A DNA stretch of 38,505 nt from an uncultured Oscillospiraceae bacterium (lineage in GTDB: Bacteria; Bacillota; Clostridia; UBA1212; UBA1255), in assembly GCA_902472555.1 (NCBI GenBank), contig CABROF010000013.1:1-38505 (forward strand), given 5' to 3'. The notes under the pieces are model-generated. The model had not been told where the DNA came from. It did not search any database and was given only the letters and a program-made list of their open reading frames with translations. This document shows, one piece after another, positions 28,935 to 38,335 of this stretch (its first letter is position 1; each line of letters opens with the position of its first letter). The position numbers and the translations under genes were made by a program.

Positions 28935-29984
28935 TTATAAAGACCTCCTGTTTTTTTTCCGATATTCAAGGGGGGACATACCATACGCATTACGAAAAAG
29001 TCTGTAAAAATATTCATCGGACTGATAACCTACGTTTAACGCAATATCATTTACCTGCAATTCCGTATTTTTCAGCAGCATACATGCCTTTTGCAATCTA
29101 ATTTCACGGACAAAATCAACCAGACTTTTCTGAAGTGATTTACGAAGGATTCTCCTGATACTGGATTCAGAAAGGTGAAATTCCTCTACCAAGTCATTCA
29201 TCGATATATTGGAATAATGTACTTGGATATATCGTATCATATTTTCTTGCTTTTGTATTTCATCTGAATCTATTTTAAAATAAATTTTATCCGGCTTCTG
29301 TCTGAACATCAAACAAAAAATGACTCTCATCAAATTTTCCATAATATGCGGACAGTAATCCTGTTGGCGAATTGATTCCGAAAATAAGGTATATAACAAG
29401 GTTTCCAGTTCTGTCTCACCTTCTGTATGAAAACATATTACATTGTCTAATCTGCCAAAGTAGTAATTTTGATAAAAAAAGTCAGAAAGTTCTGCCTCTT
29501 GCTGGAATACATCAAAAAATGTTTCCTGAAATGTACTTTTTCTCACTAAAATATTCAGGACAATTGAAGTATCATCAAAAACTCCCAAAGAATGATACAT
29601 ACCCGGCGCAATAATGCACATATCTCCCCTTTTCATACGTATGGGATAGCCTGCAACCATATTTTCGCAGCAACCGGATAATACATACACAATTTCAAAA
29701 AAAGTATGCGTATGACAAAATAACGGATTATATCTGCAATGTTTTCTGACTGAGACATTGTTATTCTGGGAACCCAGCATCAGCTCCGATAAACAGGTTC
29801 CATCTTTCAAATCTATCATCTCCGGAATCCATACGTTCAAGGGTTGAAAAGGATCCTTTTTAAGCCGATCAGCAATTTCATATATGATTGCTTCATTTCC
29901 CGTAGCATTATAATAGTAGTTACGATAAAACAACTCGTCATCATCAAATGGAGAATAATATTTAAGAAGATCCTCACGAGTCAT
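28935..29984 (-). CDS. AraC-family transcriptional regulator (cupin sensor domain plus AraC HTH)
   Basis: The C-terminal AraC HTH is IRRILRKSLQKSLVDFVREIRLQKACMLL...YFYRLFRNAYGMSPLEYR. The N-terminal region is cupin-like. Confidence 0.8.
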   Translation of the reverse strand: MTREDLLKYYSPFDDDELFYRNYYYNATGNEAIIYEIADRLKKDPFQPLNVWIPEMIDLKDGTCLSELMLGSQNNNVSVRKHCRYNPLFCHTHTFFEIVYVLSGCCENMVAGYPIRMKRGDMCIIAPGMYHSLGVFDDTSIVLNILVRKSTFQETFFDVFQQEAELSDFFYQNYYFGRLDNVICFHTEGETELETLLYTLFSESIRQQDYCPHIMENLMRVIFCLMFRQKPDKIYFKIDSDEIQKQENMIRYIQVHYSNISMNDLVEEFHLSESSIRRILRKSLQKSLVDFVREIRLQKACMLLKNTELQVNDIALNVGYQSDEYFYRLFRNAYGMSPLEYRKKNRRSL

Positions 29985-30048
29985 TCAGGCAGTCCCCTTT
30001 TCTGTCATTTCTTTACAACTCACCATATCCCCAAAGTTTACACACCAA

Positions 30049-32595
30049 TTATACCTTCTTTTTCTTAGATTTACTATGGATCATAATTCCTGCGCTGCCA
30101 ATACCCGCAGCAAGGATACCGCCTCCGATAACCCAAGGCAATACTTCGTTATCTTTGTTCTCATCTCTAATGACCGACGGATTACCTGCTATAAACTGGT
30201 ATTTGTATCTGCCTCCCGGTGCTACATCACCGTGAACATAGAAATCCATTATGTCCCCTTCTGCTTGCATATGATCGGACCATTTAAAATTTAATATAAA
30301 GTCTCCGTTGCTTACTCCCAACATTACCCGCGGTATTTGAATCTGAATGCGGTTTCCAGATGCGCGGTACTGCACTTTGCCAACAGAGGTCCAATCCCAC
30401 CCGCCGTTAGAAGCCTCTAATGTAGTTATCGTATCACCTTCAGGCGTTTGGCGATTTACTACATATTGGAAGCTCTCCCAATTTTCAGTATTCGATATGC
30501 TTTCACCGTTAGCATAAACAACTTCAATAAAAAGTCTCATCCATGCAGGATCTGTGTAAGAAGTAATCGCTTCTGCTGTTTCAGCCATAAATGTTACATA
30601 TTCTTCATCATAGGCAACTTTCGCAAGCACAATATCATTACGCCCTGTTTCATCTTCATAAATCATATATTCGCCAGTCTCCGCATTTTTATATCCGCGG
30701 CAAGCTCTGTCAAATGTGTCGCCTGCGTATGACTCAAAAGCATGCGATACATTTGTCCACTGATCTTCCGCAGAATCCAAATCAATAGAAATAATGTCTG
30801 TTTGTGCGGTCACAGCATCTGTACCTTTGAATTTTCTAATATATGACACCATCTGATAATAATAATAATCCTTCATTTCTCCTGCCGACGGTTCAATATC
30901 TCGGCTTCTGTTATCAGTAAAATTATCAATAAATGCATTTGAAACGCCCCAGAAGTCTTCATATCTGCCTGCTGTCCATTCATTCCACCCGGTGATAAAT
31001 ACAAATTCCGGGTCTATTTCCAATACACGTTCCCACTCAGCAGCAAAATATGCTCCGTAGAATTTGGCATTTTCACGTGTATCATAACAATTCTCTACCG
31101 GCATATAATCTCTGGAGAAAACGGTATCAACTTGATTGCTGAAAGCAGTCAAATGCGTTTCTTTACACCAGTTATGTGAAACAGATACCGCCATCTGCTC
31201 AGGAGTTCCGTCACGATTGTAGTTCACAATTTGTGGATATGCCGCTATCCAGTTCCAAAGCTGGTAGCCTTCTTGAAAAAACTTATCTGTGTTGGCTAAT
31301 ACCAAAGGATTTCCGTCATGATCTTGAACCAGAACATGATCCTCTGACTGCGCATGATTGATTACTCTATATTGGAAAAATTCAATGATCTCCTGATCCG
31401 TAGGATCAAGGCTATATAATTCTCCCGGATAAGCCAGAATTAGTGGTTTTCCCTTCCAGTAAAACCATAAATCCTTGTATAATTCTTGTGAATATATATT
31501 TTCATACAGTGTACGAAGCTGAGTTGCTGCAGCCTTAAAATCAAACATGGGAAGCATAAAAGCAACGTGAGGGGTTTTTACTCCGTCAGCGCGGGCTTCA
31601 GCCCAGCATTTCATGAGTGCAAGTGCATCTGCCAAGAATGTTTCCTCTCCGTTTGTATTATCAAAAAACACTACATCAACCTGTGCATCTGCCAGAAGCT
31701 CTGCCTGACGGCGGAGCACCCACTCATCAGAAGTTCTATAGTAACCCCATATCGGTTCGTCCCAAAAATAAGTAGCCGCATTGCCCCATCTCAGATCATT
31801 GTAGTTATTAATTTCTATATCGTCATACCGGTCAAGAATATCAGAAACATTCATAAACCCATTATTAACATGCATTGAAGTGCTGTGCCATGTGTGAAAA
31901 AATAATCCCACATACTTACCTTCACGTTTCGTATTTGTATATGAAACCTCTACTTGACGATTTAACCCATCGGTCACAGCCCAAGTGTCTGACGATGTTA
32001 CGTATTCATTCCGATTATCAGAAATAGCCTCGAGCTTTCCCGTTTGTTCTAAATTTAAGCGTACACGTATATTCCCACCTCGCGGGGAAGTGTTAAAATA
32101 TGTTCTTGTATTTTCTAATGCCGGTGAGACAAGCTCCAGCTTAACACCATTTTTCGAGTCATCAAGAACTAACACATATTCTCCTGCAAGCAAGGCTGCG
32201 CCACCAGAATCTACGCAGGAAAGCGCAACCCAGCTATCTTCCGAAAATCCACTTAACTCTTTTGCTATTACAGGATGTGCCGTAACTGTTTTGGAAAAGT
32301 TACCATTCCATCTATAAACAGATGCTGTCATTTCCGGCACTCCTTTAGCTGCCACAGAATCAATATAGATTTCTATTGATTTTATAGCTGCCGTAACCTT
32401 AAATTGAATAGCATATTGTTGGCCGGAAAGAGATACCGCACGATCCATGCTTGATAATTCGTTATATAATGCCAATTGTTCTGAAGCAGCATATACACAT
32501 TGACCTTCTATTCCCGACAATGTTAACATGGATACGGATGACATTGTAAACATTACGCATAATATTTTACTCATATACTTTCTGATTCTGCTCAT
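30049..32595 (-). CDS. large anchored surface enzyme: signal peptide, N-terminal copy of the shared uncharacterised module, TIM-barrel glycoside-hydrolase-like core, C-terminal beta-rich region, TM anchor with KSKKKKV tail
   Basis: N-terminal signal peptide. YRWNGNFSKTV...LLAGEYVLVLDD aligns with the module in the neighbouring proteins. The core (FFHTWH..., ADAQVDVVFFDNTNGEETF, ITGWNEWTAG) resembles TIM-barrel GH-like families. The C-terminus is VIGGGILAAGIGSAGIMIHSKSKKKKV. Confidence 0.55.
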   Translation of the reverse strand: MSRIRKYMSKILCVMFTMSSVSMLTLSGIEGQCVYAASEQLALYNELSSMDRAVSLSGQQYAIQFKVTAAIKSIEIYIDSVAAKGVPEMTASVYRWNGNFSKTVTAHPVIAKELSGFSEDSWVALSCVDSGGAALLAGEYVLVLDDSKNGVKLELVSPALENTRTYFNTSPRGGNIRVRLNLEQTGKLEAISDNRNEYVTSSDTWAVTDGLNRQVEVSYTNTKREGKYVGLFFHTWHSTSMHVNNGFMNVSDILDRYDDIEINNYNDLRWGNAATYFWDEPIWGYYRTSDEWVLRRQAELLADAQVDVVFFDNTNGEETFLADALALMKCWAEARADGVKTPHVAFMLPMFDFKAAATQLRTLYENIYSQELYKDLWFYWKGKPLILAYPGELYSLDPTDQEIIEFFQYRVINHAQSEDHVLVQDHDGNPLVLANTDKFFQEGYQLWNWIAAYPQIVNYNRDGTPEQMAVSVSHNWCKETHLTAFSNQVDTVFSRDYMPVENCYDTRENAKFYGAYFAAEWERVLEIDPEFVFITGWNEWTAGRYEDFWGVSNAFIDNFTDNRSRDIEPSAGEMKDYYYYQMVSYIRKFKGTDAVTAQTDIISIDLDSAEDQWTNVSHAFESYAGDTFDRACRGYKNAETGEYMIYEDETGRNDIVLAKVAYDEEYVTFMAETAEAITSYTDPAWMRLFIEVVYANGESISNTENWESFQYVVNRQTPEGDTITTLEASNGGWDWTSVGKVQYRASGNRIQIQIPRVMLGVSNGDFILNFKWSDHMQAEGDIMDFYVHGDVAPGGRYKYQFIAGNPSVIRDENKDNEVLPWVIGGGILAAGIGSAGIMIHSKSKKKKV

Positions 32596-32632
32596 ATGCT
32601 ATTCCCTCACAAAATAAAGTTATTAATAGATT

Positions 32633-33385
32633 TTATTCTATACCCGAATCTGAGATCGGTCCATACAGGTTGGCAGGCGTTTTACTGTAGAAAACAGTTG
32701 TAACAATCGAAACGCCTTCCCATATTTCTTCATCCAGATAAGCTCTTGTATATTCAAAATCTTTTTCCAAGTAATATACGCCTGAATTGTGCAATGCTTT
32801 TGCGGATCGATAATATGCAAGCAAAACATATTCACCTGCCGGTAATTCTACACCGTCTTCAAATACAACCTTCGCACACGCTCCATCTTTCCAGCCTTCA
32901 GTAGAAACCTCTACAACTGGATCTCCCCAAACAGTGTTAAAATAATCTTCTTTCCATTCATATATAAAATAGTCAACAGAGTATCCATCAGTTTTTGTCC
33001 ATGTAGGGGAATGGAAGCCAATACCGTAAAACGGCGCAGTTGCACAAAATTGTAACGCAATTTCAAGTCCGGTACCGCACTGCGCTTTTAGTATAGACAG
33101 ATCAACTTCAGAATTAAAAGGAACCTCAATCCCTTCTTCAGAGATTATACCACCTGAGTAATCCGGCCTTTCTGTCGGAGTAGGTGTGGCTGTAGGTTCG
33201 ATGGTTGCCGTCGCTTCAGCAGTTGCAGGTAATGGACTTGAACCCACCCCGCCGGTAGGCTGAGTTGACGCTGTTGCGAATGATCCTGTCGGGGTCGTGA
33301 CCTTATCATTATCTGACTGACAACCTGACAGCAAAAAACAACCTGTCATAATGAGTGTTAAAAGTATTGCCGTAAACTTCTTCAT
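32633..33385 (-). CDS. lipoprotein with a Thr/Pro-rich linker and one copy of the shared uncharacterised module
   Basis: I place the start at ATG 33385, with AAGGAG 7 nt upstream. The sequence MKKFTAILLTLIMTGCFLLSGC has a lipobox. The module appears as IYEWKEDYFNTV...LPAGEYVLLAYY. Confidence 0.65.
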   Translation of the reverse strand: MKKFTAILLTLIMTGCFLLSGCQSDNDKVTTPTGSFATASTQPTGGVGSSPLPATAEATATIEPTATPTPTERPDYSGGIISEEGIEVPFNSEVDLSILKAQCGTGLEIALQFCATAPFYGIGFHSPTWTKTDGYSVDYFIYEWKEDYFNTVWGDPVVEVSTEGWKDGACAKVVFEDGVELPAGEYVLLAYYRSAKALHNSGVYYLEKDFEYTRAYLDEEIWEGVSIVTTVFYSKTPANLYGPISDSGIE

Positions 33386-33582
33386 TATAAACTCCTTTCT
33401 CTGCTCGCCCAAAAATAAATTTTTGACAAGGCTTCATTTAATTAATTCACTTATATTTTATCAATATAAATTTTAAAAAAAATAAATATTTCACTCAAAA
33501 AGTATAGATACCTACTGAACTTTTCAGTCAGCATTGGTGCCACTTTAACTATTACCTTTCAGGAATTCTACTTTCCTTTATG

Positions 33583-33888
33583 TTACAAAAACGGTCCCTG
33601 CGGAAAACTTGAAGACCGGAGAAATGGCCTCCCGGTTCTGTCTCCAGCATTTTTAGCGTCTTTACTTCCGTTGGCGCCCGATAAATCGTCTTTAGATTCC
33701 CACAGATACGCCTCCATCTCAGCCTCCGGTATTTCCTTGATCGTTCCGCCAAGAAGATCCTTCAGGGCACTCCGGATATTCTGTGTGCGTTTGATGCCAT
33801 ACGTCTCAAAAAGCCCGCGGATAATGTTACAGTTTCCCGGCCATGCGTGTATAGAAAATATATTGACATTTTTAAAAAATACGATATA
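33583..33888 (-). pseudogene. start-less ORF remnant of unknown family
   Basis: About 100 codons are open on the minus strand with a protein-like composition (...HAWPGNCNIIRGLFETYGIKRTQNIRSALKDLLGGTIKEIPEAEMEAYLWESKDD...), but there is no start codon or RBS. It lies in AT-rich intergenic DNA. Confidence 0.25.
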
Positions 33889-33956
33889 TTAATTAACAGA
33901 TTATTGCGTGTATGTCTTAAATGTTTGTCTGTCGATCAAGATAGAAGGTTTGTAGT

Positions 33957-34133
33957 ATGAGAAAATTAATTTTATGTATTATCTTAACTCTTATTTCTGT
34001 CTCTTTATCATTAGTTGTATGTCTTGCTGCCTATAATGACCCCAGCCCTCTGCCGGGATATTGGAATTTTACCGCAAACAGAACCTATACGGTTAACGGG
34101 AATATGGATGTCTATTATTATTTCAGTTGTTAA
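33957..34133 (+). CDS. small (58-aa) signal-peptide or membrane-anchored protein
   Basis: GAAGG lies 8 nt upstream of the ATG. The sequence is MRKLILCIILTLISVSLSLVVCLAAYNDPSPLPGYWNFTANRTYTVNGNMDVYYYFSC. It is below the 60-aa cut-off of the ORF track and sits directly upstream of the decayed ABC cluster. Confidence 0.4.
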   Translation: MRKLILCIILTLISVSLSLVVCLAAYNDPSPLPGYWNFTANRTYTVNGNMDVYYYFSC

Positions 34134-34232
34134 TTTCAGCTGTGATACAAGACCTTAAACTTTTATTAAATTCCATATGATTCACGCAATGATAAAAGGT
34201 CGGCAGACAAACATTTTCCGGGAGGGATTTTT

Positions 34233-35341
34233 TTGAAGCTTTTAAAGCTGGTATTTATAAACTTCAAACAAAGTTTTACTTCTTTTCATTCTATATTGAT
34301 TATATTTATGATCGAAAGTATCATTTCAGGAGTTTCATTTATTTTTTGTACGGAAATATTATGCCGTATATGAATCAAGATTACAGCAGCTATTTTTCTT
34401 ATAAAACCTGCGCCGTAATGTTAACGCCAAAGCACCGCAGCTTTGATGCGTCCTATATTGAAAAAATCTATCATTCTGTGTCCGCATACCCTATTTGTGA
34501 TATTGTTTTTATTTCTGATCAGACCTGTACATATACAGCAGCGGATTTCAGTATGAATTTGCAGCTTTGCGGGACGTATACAAACAGAATCGATACACAC
34601 ACATACAAGATATCGGGCCGGCAGTACTTCAGAGACAAAGAAATCATGAATAAAGAGAAAGTTGCCTACATCCCCTGCGTATATATGCAGGAAATGTCTG
34701 AAAGCGTGCAGTACAAAAACGAAAATTTATCCGTAGTCGGCGTTTATTCAAGTGAAAGTTCATCCTACTGCTATATTCCTACGCCTTTATTGATTGAACT
34801 TTCTCCTGAAATTCTGCAAATAAATTTTATATTTGAGGATCCGCTGTCCGCGCAGGAGTTTCGTCAGTTCACATCAGATTTTTCTCAAATAGAGGATATT
34901 TCATATATCGAGATGGTAAACTCAGAAAAAAGAGAAATAAATTTACAGTATTCTATAATTGAAATCGTGCTGCTGGGCATACTCTTTTGTATTTCTATGG
35001 TCTCGTTTATCTATTTTATGAAATATATTGATGATAAAAATCGCTATATTTCTGTAATATACATGTTATCCGGCGCCGCAAAAGAACGAATTGCCGAAAT
35101 TTTATTATTGCAAAAGCTATTTACCATTTTATTGATCAGCGGGGCAAGTATTATGATACATGCAATTCTGCAGAAAGCAGTTTTTGCAAAAATCAACTTT
35201 TTATCAAATATTTATTACTCGGCCCTCGACTATATGATTATTTTTCTTTTTATGATACTGCTGTCCGTATTTACTATGCTTCCGCAGCTTATTTCATTCA
35301 TGCGAAGGCCGATCAATACAAGTAAAACGCGTAGCTGCTAA
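34233..35341 (+). pseudogene. FtsX-family ABC transporter permease, frameshifted
   Basis: There is a TTG start with GGGAGGG upstream. The N-terminal TM1 (MKLLKLVFINFKQSFTSFHSILIIFMIESIISGVSFIF) stops at 34371-73. The rest of the protein continues in another frame from 34346, and the frame break is at a T-run around 34341-34347. Confidence 0.55.
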
Positions 35342-35436
35342 AGGAGGTGAGGCGGTGCAGGCAGCATCTTTCACATAGAAAAATTTTTTGGCTAAGCCGG
35401 CCGAAGCGCAAACTTGCGAAAGGATGAATATTTATA

Positions 35437-36244
35437 ATGAAATTTATAAAACTGTGTCTGAAATTTTATAAAAGAGTCCGGCTTCCCGCGCTGCTTCTGA
35501 TGACCGTTCTATTCATTGCACAGTTGGTATTTGTCTATTTTACGGGCATATACCGTTACTGCATCTATACCGAACAGAAGCTGACGGATGCACATATCGA
35601 TCAATCCGTGTATGTAATGTATATGAATAATCCATTCGATGTGATCTACGCGGGTGAAACGTTAAAGCTGCAAAATCAGATTAAGACTATGCCCGGCGTC
35701 AAGGATATTTTAGCCTATAAACGTTTTTTAGGAAGCACTTATCAGGGTACCGGGCAAGGAATTCTATTTTACAATGACTCTTTTCTGTCTTTTTTCACTA
35801 TGGATGAATACGGGACAGAGGTCTTTTCCGATACCGGCTTAGATCATAACCGCGTCCAGTGTATCGCGGTTGGCCCGTTATCTGACAGTGACCGCCGCCG
35901 TATCCTTTCTATGTATGGCAATTCTGTTTGTTCATAAAAAGATGGAGGACTTTGCCGTATACTATTTGTGCGGCTGCAGCAGAAGAAAAAGTTACGCGGT
36001 TATGGTCTGTTCACTGTCCTTTATCGGTTTCGCCGCCGGCCTGATAAGCAGTGCTGTTACCGCTTTTTATCCGTATTTAGGCAGAAAATATGGTTTCTAT
36101 ATTTTATACAGTATCATTGATCGAAAAAGCCTTTTATTTATTTTAGGCTACTTCGGTCTTGTTCTGTTAATATCGCTGCTGGTTCCGTTTTTATTGTATC
36201 GGAAAAAAACGACGATAGAACTGAAAAGGAGATTTGAATCATGA
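35437..36244 (+). pseudogene. second FtsX-family ABC permease, frameshifted, and probably shortened
   Basis: The N-terminal part (35437-35937; MKFIKLCLKFYKRVRLPALLLMTVLF...) and the C-terminal FtsX-like part (35870-36244) are in different frames and overlap. Confidence 0.5.
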
Positions 36245-36596
36245 TTGAAATTACACAGCTCAATAAATATTATACGGTAAACCGCAGACGGAATGATCTG
36301 CGTACAGTCCCCCGCGAAGGAACAAAATACCATGTACTGAAGGATCTTTCTCTAACTGTCCGGAAGGGCAGCGTCAGCGGGTAGCGATCGCCAGAAGTAT
36401 TGTGAATCATCCTTCTGTGGTTCTGGCAGATGAACCTACCGGCGCTTTGGATACGCAGACAGCGAAGCAGATTATGGAACTGCTTCGATCATTAAATGAC
36501 AGCGGTATTACAATTATTATTGTAACGCATGACCCTTTGGTTGCAGACTGCTGCCGTACCGTAGCCGAAATCTCAGACGGTATTCTCTCGCAATAA
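36241..36596 (+). pseudogene. ABC transporter ATP-binding protein remnant (Walker A / Q-loop region deleted, 1-nt insertion in the signature motif)
   Basis: AAGGAG plus an ATG overlaps the upstream stop (ATGA). The frame reads MIEITQLNKYY...VLKDLSL and then jumps directly to ctgtccggaAgggcagcgtcagcgg, which is LSGGQRQR with one extra A. The rest follows in another frame: [24 protein letters not shown]...IIIVTHD (Walker B and H-loop). Confidence 0.6.
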
Positions 36597-36847
36597 CATA
36601 TTCGTTTTTCTGATCAATCTTTGCAGCCGCCTCCCGAATATACGGGCCGCGCTGTCCCGCGGATAAACCTACATATCGCGGATAGACCTACACATATAGA
36701 ATGCCGATGTTCAGCGGATGAAATTTCCTGTCAGCAGCAGGCGGTGGCCGGCCAAAATCAGATTTTACGCCGCGCCTCTCCGCAGAGTGATAAAAGGCAA
36801 TAAAGGGTCCCTCCCTTATTTCGCCTATTTGATCAATAAAGATCGGC

Positions 36848-38335
36848 TTAACCCTCGCGGTATTCACCACAAACCGCCTCTGTCCCGCATTCGATAAAAT
36901 ATTTGCGGATAAAATATGCGGGCGTACAGCTCCAGGCGTGGCAGTAGCTGTTAATCCGATGGGATTGATACGGGGAAGCCTCCGGATCCTCCGGTATGTA
37001 TACCTCCCAGAAGCAATCCGCGCCCATTTCCGCCATCCCGCCCCAATAGGCGCAGACGGTCCGCATGGCTTCCTCCATTTTTCCGCATGCAATTAGGGCC
37101 TCTATATAAAAATGCATAGTATATGGGGTTACGGTCCGGATTGCCTCCCTGCAGTTCTGCAGATTGTCTATAACCTCTGCATTTTCATCGCGGGTCAGGA
37201 TCCCGGCCAGAATCATCCAAATCTGCGACGCCCAGGAAACCTGCTGCGACGGCCCGCTGACAAACAGCCTGCGCTTCTCGTCATACAGCCCCCTTGCCGC
37301 CTCAGACAGGCGCCGGATATATCCGCGCAAAGCCGCGGCCCGGCCTTCATCTCCTATGATCTCCGCCAGCCGCAGCGCTTTTTTCAGCATTGCCACCGCG
37401 GTACCCTGGGCCGCAGCCGTTTTATCCAACGCATCGCACCAATCAATAAAATAATATTTGGGCTGCACCAAGCCCTGTTCGTCCGCCGCTTCCGCGGCAA
37501 TCTCGGCCTGACGGTAGGCCGTAGGCCAAAGCTCCTGCAGCAGCGGCAGATCGTGGGCATATTCGTAGCAGTCATACAGTACGCCGATAAAAAACAGCGC
37601 GTAGTCATGCAGAACCCATGCCTGATTTTTCAGCATCGGCTCATGATATACCGCAGAACTCAAGCCGCCGTTGGGATACGGCAGACCGGCAAACAGGTAC
37701 AGACAGCGTTTTACCAGATCATAATTGCGGTAGGTATAAAAATTTGTTTTTGCCTGCAGATATAAATCTCCCAGCCACAGGCGCCTGTCGCGCTTGGGCC
37801 CGTCCTCGAAAACCGACTGCATACAGTTGCGTAGTGTGCGCAGCGCAATGGTATCGATGTGCACCAGCAGCAGGTCAGTGCCCTCCGGCAGCGGCTCCAG
37901 CCGTGTCTCATCTGCGGAAGTAACCGCAACGCAATAAGCCTGCTCATAACGCACGCGGTATGCGGTATTTCCGGGAAATGTAATTTTTACGTACCGGAAC
38001 GCATAACGCCGCGGCAGGACGATTTCCCCGGAAAAATAGTCGAGACAAATGGTCTCCTTCTGTATCCAGGTACTGCTCAGGCCGCCGGTATAGGTATAAT
38101 CGTCTAATTCAAAAGGCATTTCCGCAAATAAAAGCTCCACTACCAGCGGGGAGTCCGGCGTTTGATCCGCTGCCACGGACAAATGAAAGCTGCCCACCAG
38201 ATGCGTGCCGAAATCCAAGGTAAAATGATCTCCGCTGCGCATATACCGCCCGATGGGTTCGGTTTCTGACAGCGGAAAATACTTTTTTTCAAACAGCCGC
38301 GGCTTCAGCGTCCGCGCTTTTTCCAAAAAATCCAT
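36848..38335 (-). CDS. GH78-like six-hairpin glycoside hydrolase (alpha-L-rhamnosidase-type catalytic domain); 5' end uncertain
   Basis: The motif KRDRRLWLGD matches the GH78 R-E/D-R-x-x-W-x-G-D catalytic motif, with an N-terminal beta-sandwich and a C-terminal (alpha/alpha)6 region. The frame stays open upstream through TTG 38491 to the window edge, so the true start may lie beyond 38505. Met at 38335 is the first ATG. Confidence 0.5.
   Translation of the reverse strand: MDFLEKARTLKPRLFEKKYFPLSETEPIGRYMRSGDHFTLDFGTHLVGSFHLSVAADQTPDSPLVVELLFAEMPFELDDYTYTGGLSSTWIQKETICLDYFSGEIVLPRRYAFRYVKITFPGNTAYRVRYEQAYCVAVTSADETRLEPLPEGTDLLLVHIDTIALRTLRNCMQSVFEDGPKRDRRLWLGDLYLQAKTNFYTYRNYDLVKRCLYLFAGLPYPNGGLSSAVYHEPMLKNQAWVLHDYALFFIGVLYDCYEYAHDLPLLQELWPTAYRQAEIAAEAADEQGLVQPKYYFIDWCDALDKTAAAQGTAVAMLKKALRLAEIIGDEGRAAALRGYIRRLSEAARGLYDEKRRLFVSGPSQQVSWASQIWMILAGILTRDENAEVIDNLQNCREAIRTVTPYTMHFYIEALIACGKMEEAMRTVCAYWGGMAEMGADCFWEVYIPEDPEASPYQSHRINSYCHAWSCTPAYFIRKYFIECGTEAVCGEYREG

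Larger units (their letters stand above)
26600..36600. other. compositionally distinct AT-rich island embedded in a GC-rich backbone
   Basis: By eye, GC content drops sharply between the glp promoter region and the end of the decayed ABC ATPase, and codon usage changes. The island contains surface proteins, an AraC regulator, a gene remnant and pseudogenes. Confidence 0.5.

Noticed and set aside
33552-33752. ORF-track 66-aa minus-strand ORF (MAERSRKYRRLRWRR...)
   Set aside because: It is highly basic and low-complexity, with no RBS. The alternative frame over the same DNA gives the longer, more protein-like, start-less remnant that I report as a pseudogene.
34330-36390. Programmed ribosomal frameshifting in the ABC permease and ATPase genes
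   Set aside because: There are three independent frame breaks plus a ~300-bp deletion in one small cluster, and none of the breaks has a recognisable slippery-site or pseudoknot context. Decay fits better than regulation.
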